DNA of 64,000 nt. It comes from a candidate division WOR-3 bacterium. Lineage in GTDB: Bacteria > Hydrothermota > UBA3072. Below are positions 28,226 through 36,984 of the stretch, piece by piece. How positions within the stretch are numbered: the stretch's first letter is position 1; each line of letters begins with the position of its first letter. The notes below the pieces were generated by a model, which did not search any database, was not told the DNA's origin, and saw only the letters and a list, made by a program, of their open reading frames with translations. A program made the position numbers and the translations under genes. The stretch covers positions 616 to 64,615 of the forward strand of contig JAGLZA010000102.1 of assembly GCA_023131835.1 (NCBI GenBank), read 5' to 3'.

Positions 28226-31200
28226 CTATTCTTGCTCTTTGAATTCTTTGAGTTTTCTGTATAGTGTAGCTCTGCCAATTCTTAATAATTTGGCTGCTTC
28301 GGGTGCATTAAAATTGCATTGTTCCAATGCCCTTAAGATATATTCGCGCTCCCTGTTTTTCATAAATTTATCTAATCTCACAATACTCTTGTTTTTAGTT
28401 AGTTTTGTCTCTCTTATTTCTTCCTTTAAATCATCAATTGTTATGCTTTCTTTCTTACTCATTGCTACTAATCTTTCTATTTCATGTTCAAGTTCGCGCA
28501 CATTCCCTTCCCATCTATAATTAATCAGTGCTTGCATTGCTTCCTCTGTAAATCCTTTCATGTTTTTGCCAAATCTCTTATTAAATTTCTCCAAAAAGTG
28601 ATTTACTGATAATGGAATATCATCTTTTCGTTCTCTTAAAGTTGGTATTTTCATCCTCATAGTGGTAATTCTATAGAACAGGTCCTTTCTAAATTCACCT
28701 CTTGCGATTAATTTTTCAATGTCTTGATTGGTTGCTGAGATTATACGAGCATCTACTTTTTTAAGTTTTGTCTCGCCTAACCTTCTGAATTTGCCATCTT
28801 GTAATACACGTAAGAGCTTCCCCTGAATTGATAAAGGAATTGAGGTTATTTCGTCGAAAAAAATCGTACCTCCATTGGCTTCTTCCAGTAATCCAAGTTT
28901 ATCATGTATCGCCCCGGTGAATGCACCCTTTTTATATCCAAAAAATTCGCCCTCAAATAGAGAATGCGGCATTCCACCACAATAGATTGGTACAAAACTT
29001 CCCTTTCTCCGGCTGTAAGAATGTATTGCACTGGCTACTAATTCCTTCCCAACTCCTGTTTCACCCTCAAGCAAAACTGTTACATCTGATTCGGCGCAGT
29101 TTTTTATGAGATTATAAATCTTCTGCATTGCTTTACTCTCACCAACGATATTACCGAAGTGCAAAATTGCCTTTTTTCCTTGCAAAGACTTTGTCGGAAA
29201 TTCTTCGCGTAATTTAATATGTTCAATCCCTATCCAAAAAATAGAGCTTAGTAGTTTTAGGAATTCTATTACTTCGGGTTCAAATTGGCTTAACTTTTTT
29301 TGCATATAAAAAGCACCCTTAATCCTACTTTCTACCTCAATGGGTATACAGAGTGTTAATCCTTTCTGTTTAAGCACTAATTCCTTCTTCTGATAGACTG
29401 ATTTACCTGTCAGGGTAATATCTCGTTGTGTTTTTTCGTCTATTTCTTCATTCGAATAAACCCTCTGTATTTCTCCATCTTCAAAAAATATTATTGCAGT
29501 CTGACCGATCTGCAGAGTACTCCTCACGAGTGTTAACGCCTCTTCTATAAACCTATCCAATGAGATCTTGCTACTAATAAGTCTCACTATTGGTAATAAT
29601 ACTCCAATCTCCAGGCTCACCTGTTTTGGTAAGACAGGTAGTAGTTCTTCAACTTCTCCAATTGATTTTTCTATCTTTTCAAGCCAGTAAGCCTCTTCTC
29701 TTTCTTGTTGAATCTCTTTTGCCTGTAGAAGCACATCAAGTGCATCCTGGTATTCATCCATTTTTAGGTATAATATACCCATTTCATAAAGGGTCTGCAC
29801 CTTTTCTGTCTCTAATAATGGGTTACCAAATGCATCTAAACTATTTTCTAAATACCTCATCGCTTCTTGCGGTGAATCCTTTTTTATAATTTTAGATCTT
29901 GTCCTGTAACTTAAACCAAGCAGTGTTGTATTCTTATTATCTCTTTCGTACTCTTCTACTTTTGACAACAAGTCTTCGGCTTCGTCAAGATTGCCTTTAT
30001 CAGCATATATGTCAGAGAGTAGGAGGCGTACCTTGCTCAATTCTGGTAAATTATTTAATTCTTTTCCTAATTCCATTGATTTTTTCAGATAAAGGATCGC
30101 TGTATCAAAATCCTCGCAGAGGAAATATATGTCCCCGGCATTTCGGTAAACATTAAAAACTATCCAGGGTTCCCTATGGCTCTCATTCTCTAATAACTCC
30201 AGGGCTTTATTACAATACTCTATTGCCAGGTCTGATTTATTAATTTGAGCGTACACTCTCCCTATATTGGAATATACCAGGGGTAAGAATACTTTATATG
30301 CTATTCGTTTTGCATACTCTAAAGATAACCTATAGTATTTCAGTGCATCATTTGATCTTCCTCTTATCTGATGGGTTGATGCAAGATTATTATATGCTAT
30401 TCCCAGACGTCTTATATTTCCGATTTTCCTACTTAATTCTATTGACTTTTGAGTATAAAAATCACTTTTTTCGATATCCTCCATTCCATGGTATACAAAC
30501 CCTAAGTTTATATATATTTTAGCCTTGGTATCTTTACGCTCGGCAAGCTCCAATGCTTCTTTCAAATGCTTAATTGCAATATTAAATTCACCCCAACGAC
30601 CATAAGTTACTCCTATTATAGTCCTTGTTTCTGCTTGAAGTTCCTTATCCTCCAATTTATCTCCTATCAATAGAGCCTTATTTAGATAATTCAATGCTTT
30701 ACTATATTCATTCTGTAAGACGAATATTTTTCCAAATATTATATACACTTCAGCTTTTGCTTTAGAGACTCCTTTACCGATTAACTTCAAAGCGTTTTCA
30801 CCAAGTTTAACTGCTTCATCATTCTCACCTTGCAACCTTTTAATCTCCATTAATTCTACCATTGCCTTTACTTTAAGCTCCCTATCTTTTTTTTGCGAAA
30901 TCACCTCATTTAAATGCTTCACGCCTTTCTCAAAATTACGGGTGATTCTATATAACCTTGCTAATCGGACCCTTATTTTTGCGTTTTTAACCCCAGTAGG
31001 TGCAAATCGAAGTGCGGTTTCATAGAGTGATATTGTGTCCAGATAAGCAAAATTCCTTTCTGCATTTACCCCTGCCGCAAGTGAATACTTATATGCTTTG
31101 TCTTTGACCCCGGCGAGTGAAAAATGATATGCAAGCATCGCTTTTTCTTCCGGGAGATGTTTCTCTAATACAAATCCAACCTTCCTATGTGATTCCTTTT

Positions 31201-32368
31201 TCTTATCTTGAGGTATCATTTGATATGCAACCTCTTTTATCATGGGATGAGCAAATTTGAATCTCTCTTTTCCTTCTATGGTTTCCTTTCTCAAGATCCA
31301 TTGGTTATTCAATACTTTAAGTTCCCTGCGAATATCTTTATCCATAATCTCATTCAAGATTACACTATCTATATATTCACCACCCATAATAGATGCATAT
31401 TGAACCACTCTCATTAACTTTTTATTATGAATCTTTTCCAACTTCTCTTGTATTATTTGTAAACATGTCCCGGTTAACTCTATTCCGGATAATTTATCTT
31501 CGTTTATTATCCAGGTATCTTCTTCTTTTGCTAAGGCTTTCTCCTCTATCAATAATTTCACAAGGTGTTCAATAAAGAGCGGAACACCCGCAGTCTTTTT
31601 AAATATTTTATCTGAGATATATTCAAGTTCATTTTCTTCTATTTCTCCTATCATAGAAGTTATAAACTTCCTTGTAGATTGAATATTCAATCTCTCAAGC
31701 AGAATCTTGATAAGATAACCTTCTATTGCCTTTTCAAATTCAATAAGGGCATCAGGTTTTTCTTCTTCTCTGTAGGTTATAATAAAAATTATATTTGATG
31801 TAATCGGCATACTGAGTGTTAAATACTTAAGAAATTCAATTGACTCCTTCCTGATGTATTGAAAATCCTCAAGGGCTATCACAATACTTTTCTCTATCGG
31901 CAGATTTATGATGAATTGCAAGAATCTTTCGAAGATGTAGTATTTCTCTATCTCTTTTAAGGGTTCAACCGTTCTCAAGTATCTTTTGTTTCTTAACCCT
32001 GGAGATAGGCTTACAAGTATATCTCCGTAACCCTTTATAAATTCCTTATAATTCTCTTCAATTAGATCAATCAATGAGTTGATTATCTTGTTAAAACAGG
32101 TATAAGGCTCCTCTTCCTCTTTCTGACATTCTGCCTTTATAAAAACTTCGTTTTTTAATATAGTTCTAACTTCTTCCAATAAGCGGGTTCTGCCAATGCC
32201 TGCTTCACCTGAAATTATTATAACTGGTTTATGTGGAAAATTCCCTAATTTATTGAGTTCTTCCTTTAGAAGGACTAATTCTTCCTCTCTCCCTACAAAC
32301 GCCTTTGGTCGAGTATATGTAAGTTTGCCAGGAGAAGTATTTATCTTAGATTTCTCTTGTTTTGCCAA
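28226..32368 (-). CDS. Giant sigma54-dependent activator with STAND-like AAA+/TPR/GAF N-terminal region (paralog 2)
   Basis: Collinear with 11820-15974 with the same domain order, but a different HTH (APEAAKLLRIGRATLYRKL). A TTG start at 32368 with a GGAGGGGG SD matches paralog 1; the ORF-track ATG at 32383 would add only 5 aa. Confidence 0.8.
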   Translation of the reverse strand: MAKQEKSKINTSPGKLTYTRPKAFVGREEELVLLKEELNKLGNFPHKPVIIISGEAGIGRTRLLEEVRTILKNEVFIKAECQKEEEEPYTCFNKIINSLIDLIEENYKEFIKGYGDILVSLSPGLRNKRYLRTVEPLKEIEKYYIFERFLQFIINLPIEKSIVIALEDFQYIRKESIEFLKYLTLSMPITSNIIFIITYREEEKPDALIEFEKAIEGYLIKILLERLNIQSTRKFITSMIGEIEENELEYISDKIFKKTAGVPLFIEHLVKLLIEEKALAKEEDTWIINEDKLSGIELTGTCLQIIQEKLEKIHNKKLMRVVQYASIMGGEYIDSVILNEIMDKDIRRELKVLNNQWILRKETIEGKERFKFAHPMIKEVAYQMIPQDKKKESHRKVGFVLEKHLPEEKAMLAYHFSLAGVKDKAYKYSLAAGVNAERNFAYLDTISLYETALRFAPTGVKNAKIRVRLARLYRITRNFEKGVKHLNEVISQKKDRELKVKAMVELMEIKRLQGENDEAVKLGENALKLIGKGVSKAKAEVYIIFGKIFVLQNEYSKALNYLNKALLIGDKLEDKELQAETRTIIGVTYGRWGEFNIAIKHLKEALELAERKDTKAKIYINLGFVYHGMEDIEKSDFYTQKSIELSRKIGNIRRLGIAYNNLASTHQIRGRSNDALKYYRLSLEYAKRIAYKVFLPLVYSNIGRVYAQINKSDLAIEYCNKALELLENESHREPWIVFNVYRNAGDIYFLCEDFDTAILYLKKSMELGKELNNLPELSKVRLLLSDIYADKGNLDEAEDLLSKVEEYERDNKNTTLLGLSYRTRSKIIKKDSPQEAMRYLENSLDAFGNPLLETEKVQTLYEMGILYLKMDEYQDALDVLLQAKEIQQEREEAYWLEKIEKSIGEVEELLPVLPKQVSLEIGVLLPIVRLISSKISLDRFIEEALTLVRSTLQIGQTAIIFFEDGEIQRVYSNEEIDEKTQRDITLTGKSVYQKKELVLKQKGLTLCIPIEVESRIKGAFYMQKKLSQFEPEVIEFLKLLSSIFWIGIEHIKLREEFPTKSLQGKKAILHFGNIVGESKAMQKIYNLIKNCAESDVTVLLEGETGVGKELVASAIHSYSRRKGSFVPIYCGGMPHSLFEGEFFGYKKGAFTGAIHDKLGLLEEANGGTIFFDEITSIPLSIQGKLLRVLQDGKFRRLGETKLKKVDARIISATNQDIEKLIARGEFRKDLFYRITTMRMKIPTLRERKDDIPLSVNHFLEKFNKRFGKNMKGFTEEAMQALINYRWEGNVRELEHEIERLVAMSKKESITIDDLKEEIRETKLTKNKSIVRLDKFMKNREREYILRALEQCNFNAPEAAKLLRIGRATLYRKLKEFKEQE

Positions 32369-32486
32369 ATATACCCCCTCCAACTGATTTTAATAATAAT
32401 ATCTGTTCTCGATAAGTTTCTTTTCCATATTGAGCTTCAAATTCTTTAGGCCTCATATATCTCAAATTACTATATATATACAATTT

Positions 32487-32515
32487 AATATAGTCAACTT
32501 TAACCTAATTGTCAA
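32487..32515 (-). promoter_or_regulatory. Sigma70-type promoter for EBP paralog 2
   Basis: Minus strand reads TTGACA-17 nt-TATATT. Confidence 0.4.
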
Positions 32516-32599
32516 TTAGAAAAGTTCAGCACACCACCCCCTTCTTTCGCAAAGAACGAAACCAGAGCAAAGCCCGCAAAGAAATATTTGTTGTAACGA

Positions 32600-32670
32600 A
32601 AAATGTAGGGGCAAGACATGTCTTGCCATTTTTGTAGGAACGGTTTCCAAACCGCGATTTTCCGATATCC
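32600..32670. repeat. REP-like hairpins (locus D): TGTAGGGGCAAGACATGTCTTGCC and TGTAGGAACGGTTTCCAAACCG
   Basis: Same GTAGG-anchored hairpin family as the other loci; sits where the Rex coding sequence breaks off. Confidence 0.7.
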
Positions 32671-32699
32671 CCCACACCAATAAGTGCAACAGGACGCTC

Positions 32700-32944
32700 T
32701 TTTTTGTATAAACAACCTGATTTATTCTTTTGAGGACTTTTTCTATATTAAAACCTGTCCCTCTCCTTCCTAACGGTCCAATATAAGAAAGGTCCTTCCT
32801 CACTAATGTAGGCTTGAGTTTGAGTCTTTTTGCAATCTCCGAAGATGAAAATTGTTTTCTTCCTGTCTCTTGAAAAGTTACCAGACATTCTGTATAAAAG
32901 AGGAGCCTTTCAATAGTTCCTTAAGGGATACCCTCTTTATCCAT
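32700..32944 (-). pseudogene. rex: Remnant of the redox-sensing repressor Rex (N-terminal winged-helix only; frameshifted and truncated)
   Basis: AGGGAGA SD then ATG at 32944 gives MDKEGIP-stop. The +1 frame continues ...IERLLFYTECLVTFQETGRKQFSSSEIAKRLKLKPTLVRKDLSYIGPLGRRGTGFNIEKVLKRI, matching the Rex signature (QVRKDLSYFGSxGxRGVGY), then runs into repeat DNA with no Rossmann domain. Confidence 0.55.
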
Positions 32945-32956
32945 TTTATTCTCCCT

Positions 32957-34819
32957 TTATTCATTCTTTGAAATAAACCTATCGATACCTTTTGCAGTTT
33001 TATGTCCGGTATCAATTGCGGTTATAACATCGGGCCCTCCGATAAGGTCACCTCCCAGGAATAGCCATGGGAGAGAGGTCTGTCCATATTCGTTTATCTT
33101 TATTCTTCTTCCCTCATACTCAAGTTCCTCTTTTATCCCACCAAGGAGAAAAGTAAAGTCAGGTCCCTGCCCTATTGCTTCAACCACCATCGAACCTTTA
33201 AGTTCCATCTTTTCATGGGCATCGAATTCCGGATTGAAACGACCTTCCTTGTCAAAAACTCTGAGGCATTTCTTCATAACCACACCTGTTATTTTGGCAT
33301 CCTCGATTATAATTTCCTCAGGACCCCATCCGGGATAAAGGTCAATACCCTCCTCCAGAGCTTCCTCAATCTCTTCGGGAGTGGCAGGCATAATATCTCT
33401 TGTTTCCAAACAACTTACAGCAATATCAACCCTACTAAACTCCTGCATCTGTAACCGAATAAGTGTTCTTGCAATATCCATAGCAACATCTCCACCACCA
33501 ATCACCACAATCTTGTCGGTGACTTTTATCTCTTCTCCCATTGTTACCTTTCTGAGTTGTTCGATTGCCTGAAAAACATCAGGATGATCTGTTCCAGGAA
33601 CACCAGTTGTCCTTCCAACATGTAACCCTGTGGATACAAAAACAGCATCATATTTTTCTTTCAAATCCTTTAATATAATATCCTTTCCAATCGTTGTATT
33701 ACATCTTATCTCAACACCAGTTGATTTAATATAATCAATATCCTTATCCATATCCTCATAAGGAAGCCGATATTCAGGTATTCCATACCTCATCATTCCA
33801 CCGGGTTTGGGTAATTTCTCAAAAACAACGGTTTCATAACCCATCAATCTGAGATAATATGCAGTTGCCAATCCTCCGGGACCTGAACCAACAATGGCAA
33901 TTTTCTTACCTATTGATTCTATTTCTTGGGTTCCCAGCACCCTCTGATATTTTTCAAGAGGAATATTATCTACCGCATATCGCTTTAACCATCTTATAGA
34001 TACTGGGTCACCCTGGTGGCCCAAAACACAGGCGGATTCACAATTGTGAGTGCAAACTCTCCCGCAGATCCCGGGTAAAGGATTTGTTTTATAAATATCT
34101 CTAATGGCTCCTTCCAGATTATCATCCCATATATTGCGTACATAATCAACTATGTCCATTCCAGCAGGACAAACTTCTTCACATAGTTTGCACTCCAGAC
34201 ATCGTGATGCTTCCTTCTGTGCTTCCTCTTGGCTGAAACCTTTAACCTGTTCAATGAAGGATGATTTTCTCTCTCCAGGTGGAATCTGGGACATCGGTAT
34301 GCGTTCGGGGTCGAATAATGCATATATCAGATCAGGTGCAAATCCTTCATAGTCTTCCTTACGATGTGCGAGAGATGCTTTAAAAATAGAATATTTCTCA
34401 GGGGGAAGAAAATGTTCCTTATCCGTTTTCTCATCCCTTGCCAGAAGTTTGAAAGTATCCGGGTCAAAGTGTATGTGGAGGTAATCTCTGGAGAGCCTGA
34501 GAGAACCTGTAGGACAGATATCCACACATAATCCGCAAAAACAGCATCTGCCGTAATCGACCTCGGGTCTTTCGTTTTTTTCTCCTTCCTCAGGTTTAAT
34601 TTCTGGTATTTCTTTCATCTCAATCGCTACATTTGGACATATATCAGCACAATTTCCACACCCTGTGCATTTATCCCAATTATTAAGATGCAAACCTCTA
34701 TATCTTTCTGAGGGTTCCTTTAATTCAAATGGATATCTTAAAGTTTTGGGTTTTTTGAAAAGATATTTTATAGCCTTAAGAGGCCTTAAACTTTTAGGTT
34801 TTTTGTTCATCTTTTCCAC
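32957..34819 (-). CDS. Fusion of a NuoI-like 2x[4Fe-4S] ferredoxin subunit with a GltD/SudA-like NAD(P)H-dependent FAD oxidoreductase
   Basis: N-terminus TLRYPFE...CTGCGNCADICP...CCFCGLCVDICP (NuoI/MbhN-like). Then CLECKLCEEVCP, PLPGICGRVCTHNCESAC, IAIVGSGPGGLATAYYL and VVIGGGDVAMD (glutamate synthase small-subunit family). Confidence 0.7.
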   Translation of the reverse strand: MEKMNKKPKSLRPLKAIKYLFKKPKTLRYPFELKEPSERYRGLHLNNWDKCTGCGNCADICPNVAIEMKEIPEIKPEEGEKNERPEVDYGRCCFCGLCVDICPTGSLRLSRDYLHIHFDPDTFKLLARDEKTDKEHFLPPEKYSIFKASLAHRKEDYEGFAPDLIYALFDPERIPMSQIPPGERKSSFIEQVKGFSQEEAQKEASRCLECKLCEEVCPAGMDIVDYVRNIWDDNLEGAIRDIYKTNPLPGICGRVCTHNCESACVLGHQGDPVSIRWLKRYAVDNIPLEKYQRVLGTQEIESIGKKIAIVGSGPGGLATAYYLRLMGYETVVFEKLPKPGGMMRYGIPEYRLPYEDMDKDIDYIKSTGVEIRCNTTIGKDIILKDLKEKYDAVFVSTGLHVGRTTGVPGTDHPDVFQAIEQLRKVTMGEEIKVTDKIVVIGGGDVAMDIARTLIRLQMQEFSRVDIAVSCLETRDIMPATPEEIEEALEEGIDLYPGWGPEEIIIEDAKITGVVMKKCLRVFDKEGRFNPEFDAHEKMELKGSMVVEAIGQGPDFTFLLGGIKEELEYEGRRIKINEYGQTSLPWLFLGGDLIGGPDVITAIDTGHKTAKGIDRFISKNE

Positions 34820-34827
34820 TCCCCCTT

Positions 34828-35925
34828 TTATCTATCTATCTCCGGAGCAACAACATACAGGCTTATCATAGTATTGCCCACATCTGCGATATTTTCACCC
34901 ACTAACACTTTTTCTAAAATGGTCAAACCGTGAGGGTATGAAGGTGTTCTGAAGTGAACTCTATAGGGTTTATCTTTACCATTGCTGACCATGTAAAGTC
35001 CCAGTTCTCCCCGGGAAGATTCAACTCGAACATAGGCTTCTCCTTTCGGAACTTTCCATTTGAATGGATTGGGAACCTTATTGTATACTTCACCCTCAGG
35101 TAACTTGTCCAGTAACTTAAATATTAAATGAACAGATTCTATTAGTTCATCTCTTATCACCCATATCCTTGAATATGCATCACCATTTTCTCGGGTAGGG
35201 ATGTCAAAATCAACCTTATCATAAGCAGCATAAGGTTCGACTTTTCTTATATCATACGGTATCCCTGTTGCCCTTAATACCTGACCTACCGCTCCCCATT
35301 CCTTTGCTTCTTCCTGTGTTATTTTCCCTATGCCGTGGGCTCTTTCATAAAACAGTGGATTATTAAAAAACGTATCATCATAATCAGGAACACACTTCCC
35401 TATGGAATGTAATGTCTCCACTATTTTATTCGCAAAACCATCCGGAAAATCACGCCTTACCCCCCCGGGCCAGATATAAATATGATAAACTCTACCACCT
35501 GTTAATTCTTCAAAGAGGTCTAAAATGAGATCCCTGTGATACATTGCCCATTGAGCAATGGTATCAAAACCCAGCATATTGGCATAAGCCCACAAGCCAA
35601 AGAGGTGCGAACCAACTCTGGCAAGTTCAAGATATATACTTCTTATCCATTGTGCCCTCTCCGGGACTTCTATCCCGGCTAACTTCTCCACCGCCATTGC
35701 ATATACCATTTCCATATGGTCAGGCTCTATCACATTTAATCTACAGACAAGGGGGAAATTCTGTATCCAGGTTCTGTACTCCATAAGTTTCTCAAACCCG
35801 CGATGGAGGTATCCAGGATTTGCAGTTGCTTTTAAAATGCGGTCTCCTTCAACCTTCAATGTAATGCTAAAATTCCCCACCATTCCGAGATGCTGCGGTC
35901 CAAAATAAAGTTCAAGTTCTCTCAC
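34828..35925 (-). CDS. NuoD/[NiFe]-hydrogenase large-subunit homolog lacking NiFe-binding cysteines (Ehr/Mbx-type)
   Basis: 365 aa. Where hydrogenases have RxCGxCxxxH it reads LVCRLNVIEPDHM with a single Cys, and the C-terminus ...VVAPEIDR has no DPCxxC. Confidence 0.7.
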   Translation of the reverse strand: MRELELYFGPQHLGMVGNFSITLKVEGDRILKATANPGYLHRGFEKLMEYRTWIQNFPLVCRLNVIEPDHMEMVYAMAVEKLAGIEVPERAQWIRSIYLELARVGSHLFGLWAYANMLGFDTIAQWAMYHRDLILDLFEELTGGRVYHIYIWPGGVRRDFPDGFANKIVETLHSIGKCVPDYDDTFFNNPLFYERAHGIGKITQEEAKEWGAVGQVLRATGIPYDIRKVEPYAAYDKVDFDIPTRENGDAYSRIWVIRDELIESVHLIFKLLDKLPEGEVYNKVPNPFKWKVPKGEAYVRVESSRGELGLYMVSNGKDKPYRVHFRTPSYPHGLTILEKVLVGENIADVGNTMISLYVVAPEIDR

Positions 35926-36437
35926 TTTTTCTCCCCTTTAATAGGAGGAATTGAATCAAAAACATCCTTAACGTACTCCCTTGTATCAAAATCTTTCCTG
36001 AACGGAGGTATCGCATAATCTCTTTCCAGAAGTAGGTGAGTCAGTCGTGGATGGCCAGCGAATTTTATTCCGAAGAGTTCATGAATTTCCCGTTCATAAG
36101 GCTCGGCATTGGCAAAGATTGGAATTACCGTTTCAAATTCCGGATTCTCTCTGGGAATTCTCATCTTCAGATGAATATCCCCTATCTCCTTGTATGCTTC
36201 ATAATCCTGCAAATAAGGAGTAAGGATATAGACTAACTCAAATTCTGCCTTCTCGATCCAGTCCACACAGGAGATAAGGGCTAAATGGTTATATCCCTTA
36301 TCTTTAAGAAATCTCAAGATTGTTAAAACCTGCTCCTTGTGTGCAAAGATTTCTATTTTGGTATCCTCAGGTGTACTTACCTCAATATCCTTAAACGTTA
36401 ATTCTAATTCTTCCGCTAACTTTTTATTCATCTTCAT
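35922..36437 (-). CDS. NuoC (30-kDa subunit)-like
   Basis: 171 aa at the position between NuoB and NuoD homologs; sequence ...NHLALISCVDW.... Confidence 0.6.
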   Translation of the reverse strand: MKMNKKLAEELELTFKDIEVSTPEDTKIEIFAHKEQVLTILRFLKDKGYNHLALISCVDWIEKAEFELVYILTPYLQDYEAYKEIGDIHLKMRIPRENPEFETVIPIFANAEPYEREIHELFGIKFAGHPRLTHLLLERDYAIPPFRKDFDTREYVKDVFDSIPPIKGEKK

Positions 36438-36981
36438 CTATTGGATATAACGGAGGCCATTCGAGTTCACCCAGCACCATCTCCTGATTCCTCCTATAAT
36501 ATTTATATTGTTCTCTGTACTTTTTGTATGCATCTGCCATTCCCTTGTCAATCATAGTCCAAAGATGTGTGACTGCAATAAATATCGCTTCAGGCCTTGG
36601 CATACAGCCGGCAATCCAACCATCAATTGGTATATATTTATCCAGATGTTTTATTGTATTGTACGAATCCCAGTACATACCGCCGTTTATCGGGCAGGAA
36701 CCAAATCCTACTGTATATTTCGGCTCCGGCATCTGTTCATAGGTCCTGATAATAGCCCTCAATGTTTTCAGAGAAACATAACCGGTAATCAAAAAGAGAT
36801 TTGCCTGCCTTGGGGTTGCTACGGGGATAACGCCAAATCTCTCCGCATCCCAGCGAGAGGTTATTACCGGAGGGATTTCAATTATTCCACAACCGGTGCA
36901 GAAATAAACAACCCAGAAAGAATATTTATGACCCCACTTGCCTGAATCCTTTAAAGCCTTTATGACCTGTTCTCTATCCAT
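36424..36981 (-). CDS. NuoB/hydrogenase small-subunit-like, N2-type [4Fe-4S]
   Basis: FCTGCGIIE...GSCPINGG...AGCMPRP give four Cys in NuoB-like spacing. Confidence 0.7.
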   Translation of the reverse strand: MDREQVIKALKDSGKWGHKYSFWVVYFCTGCGIIEIPPVITSRWDAERFGVIPVATPRQANLFLITGYVSLKTLRAIIRTYEQMPEPKYTVGFGSCPINGGMYWDSYNTIKHLDKYIPIDGWIAGCMPRPEAIFIAVTHLWTMIDKGMADAYKKYREQYKYYRRNQEMVLGELEWPPLYPIDEDE

Positions 36982-36984
36982 TAT

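Noticed and set aside
32369-32383. Longer ATG start (MEGVY-) for EBP paralog 2
   Set aside because: Paralog 1 starts at the homologous TTG (LAKQEKSKINTSPGK), and a GGAGGGGG SD sits 5 nt upstream of the TTG at 32368. The ATG lies within the SD. It remains possible.
32516-32803. 95-aa ORF on the minus strand
   Set aside because: Its N-terminal half is the frameshifted Rex fragment and its C-terminal half is translation through the GTAGG-hairpin repeat. It is annotated as part of the rex pseudogene instead.
34828-35925. Calling this subunit an active [NiFe] hydrogenase (Mbh/Ech type)
   Set aside because: Only one Cys lies in the N-terminal ligand region, and the C-terminus lacks DPCxxC, so the Ni-Fe site cannot be formed.
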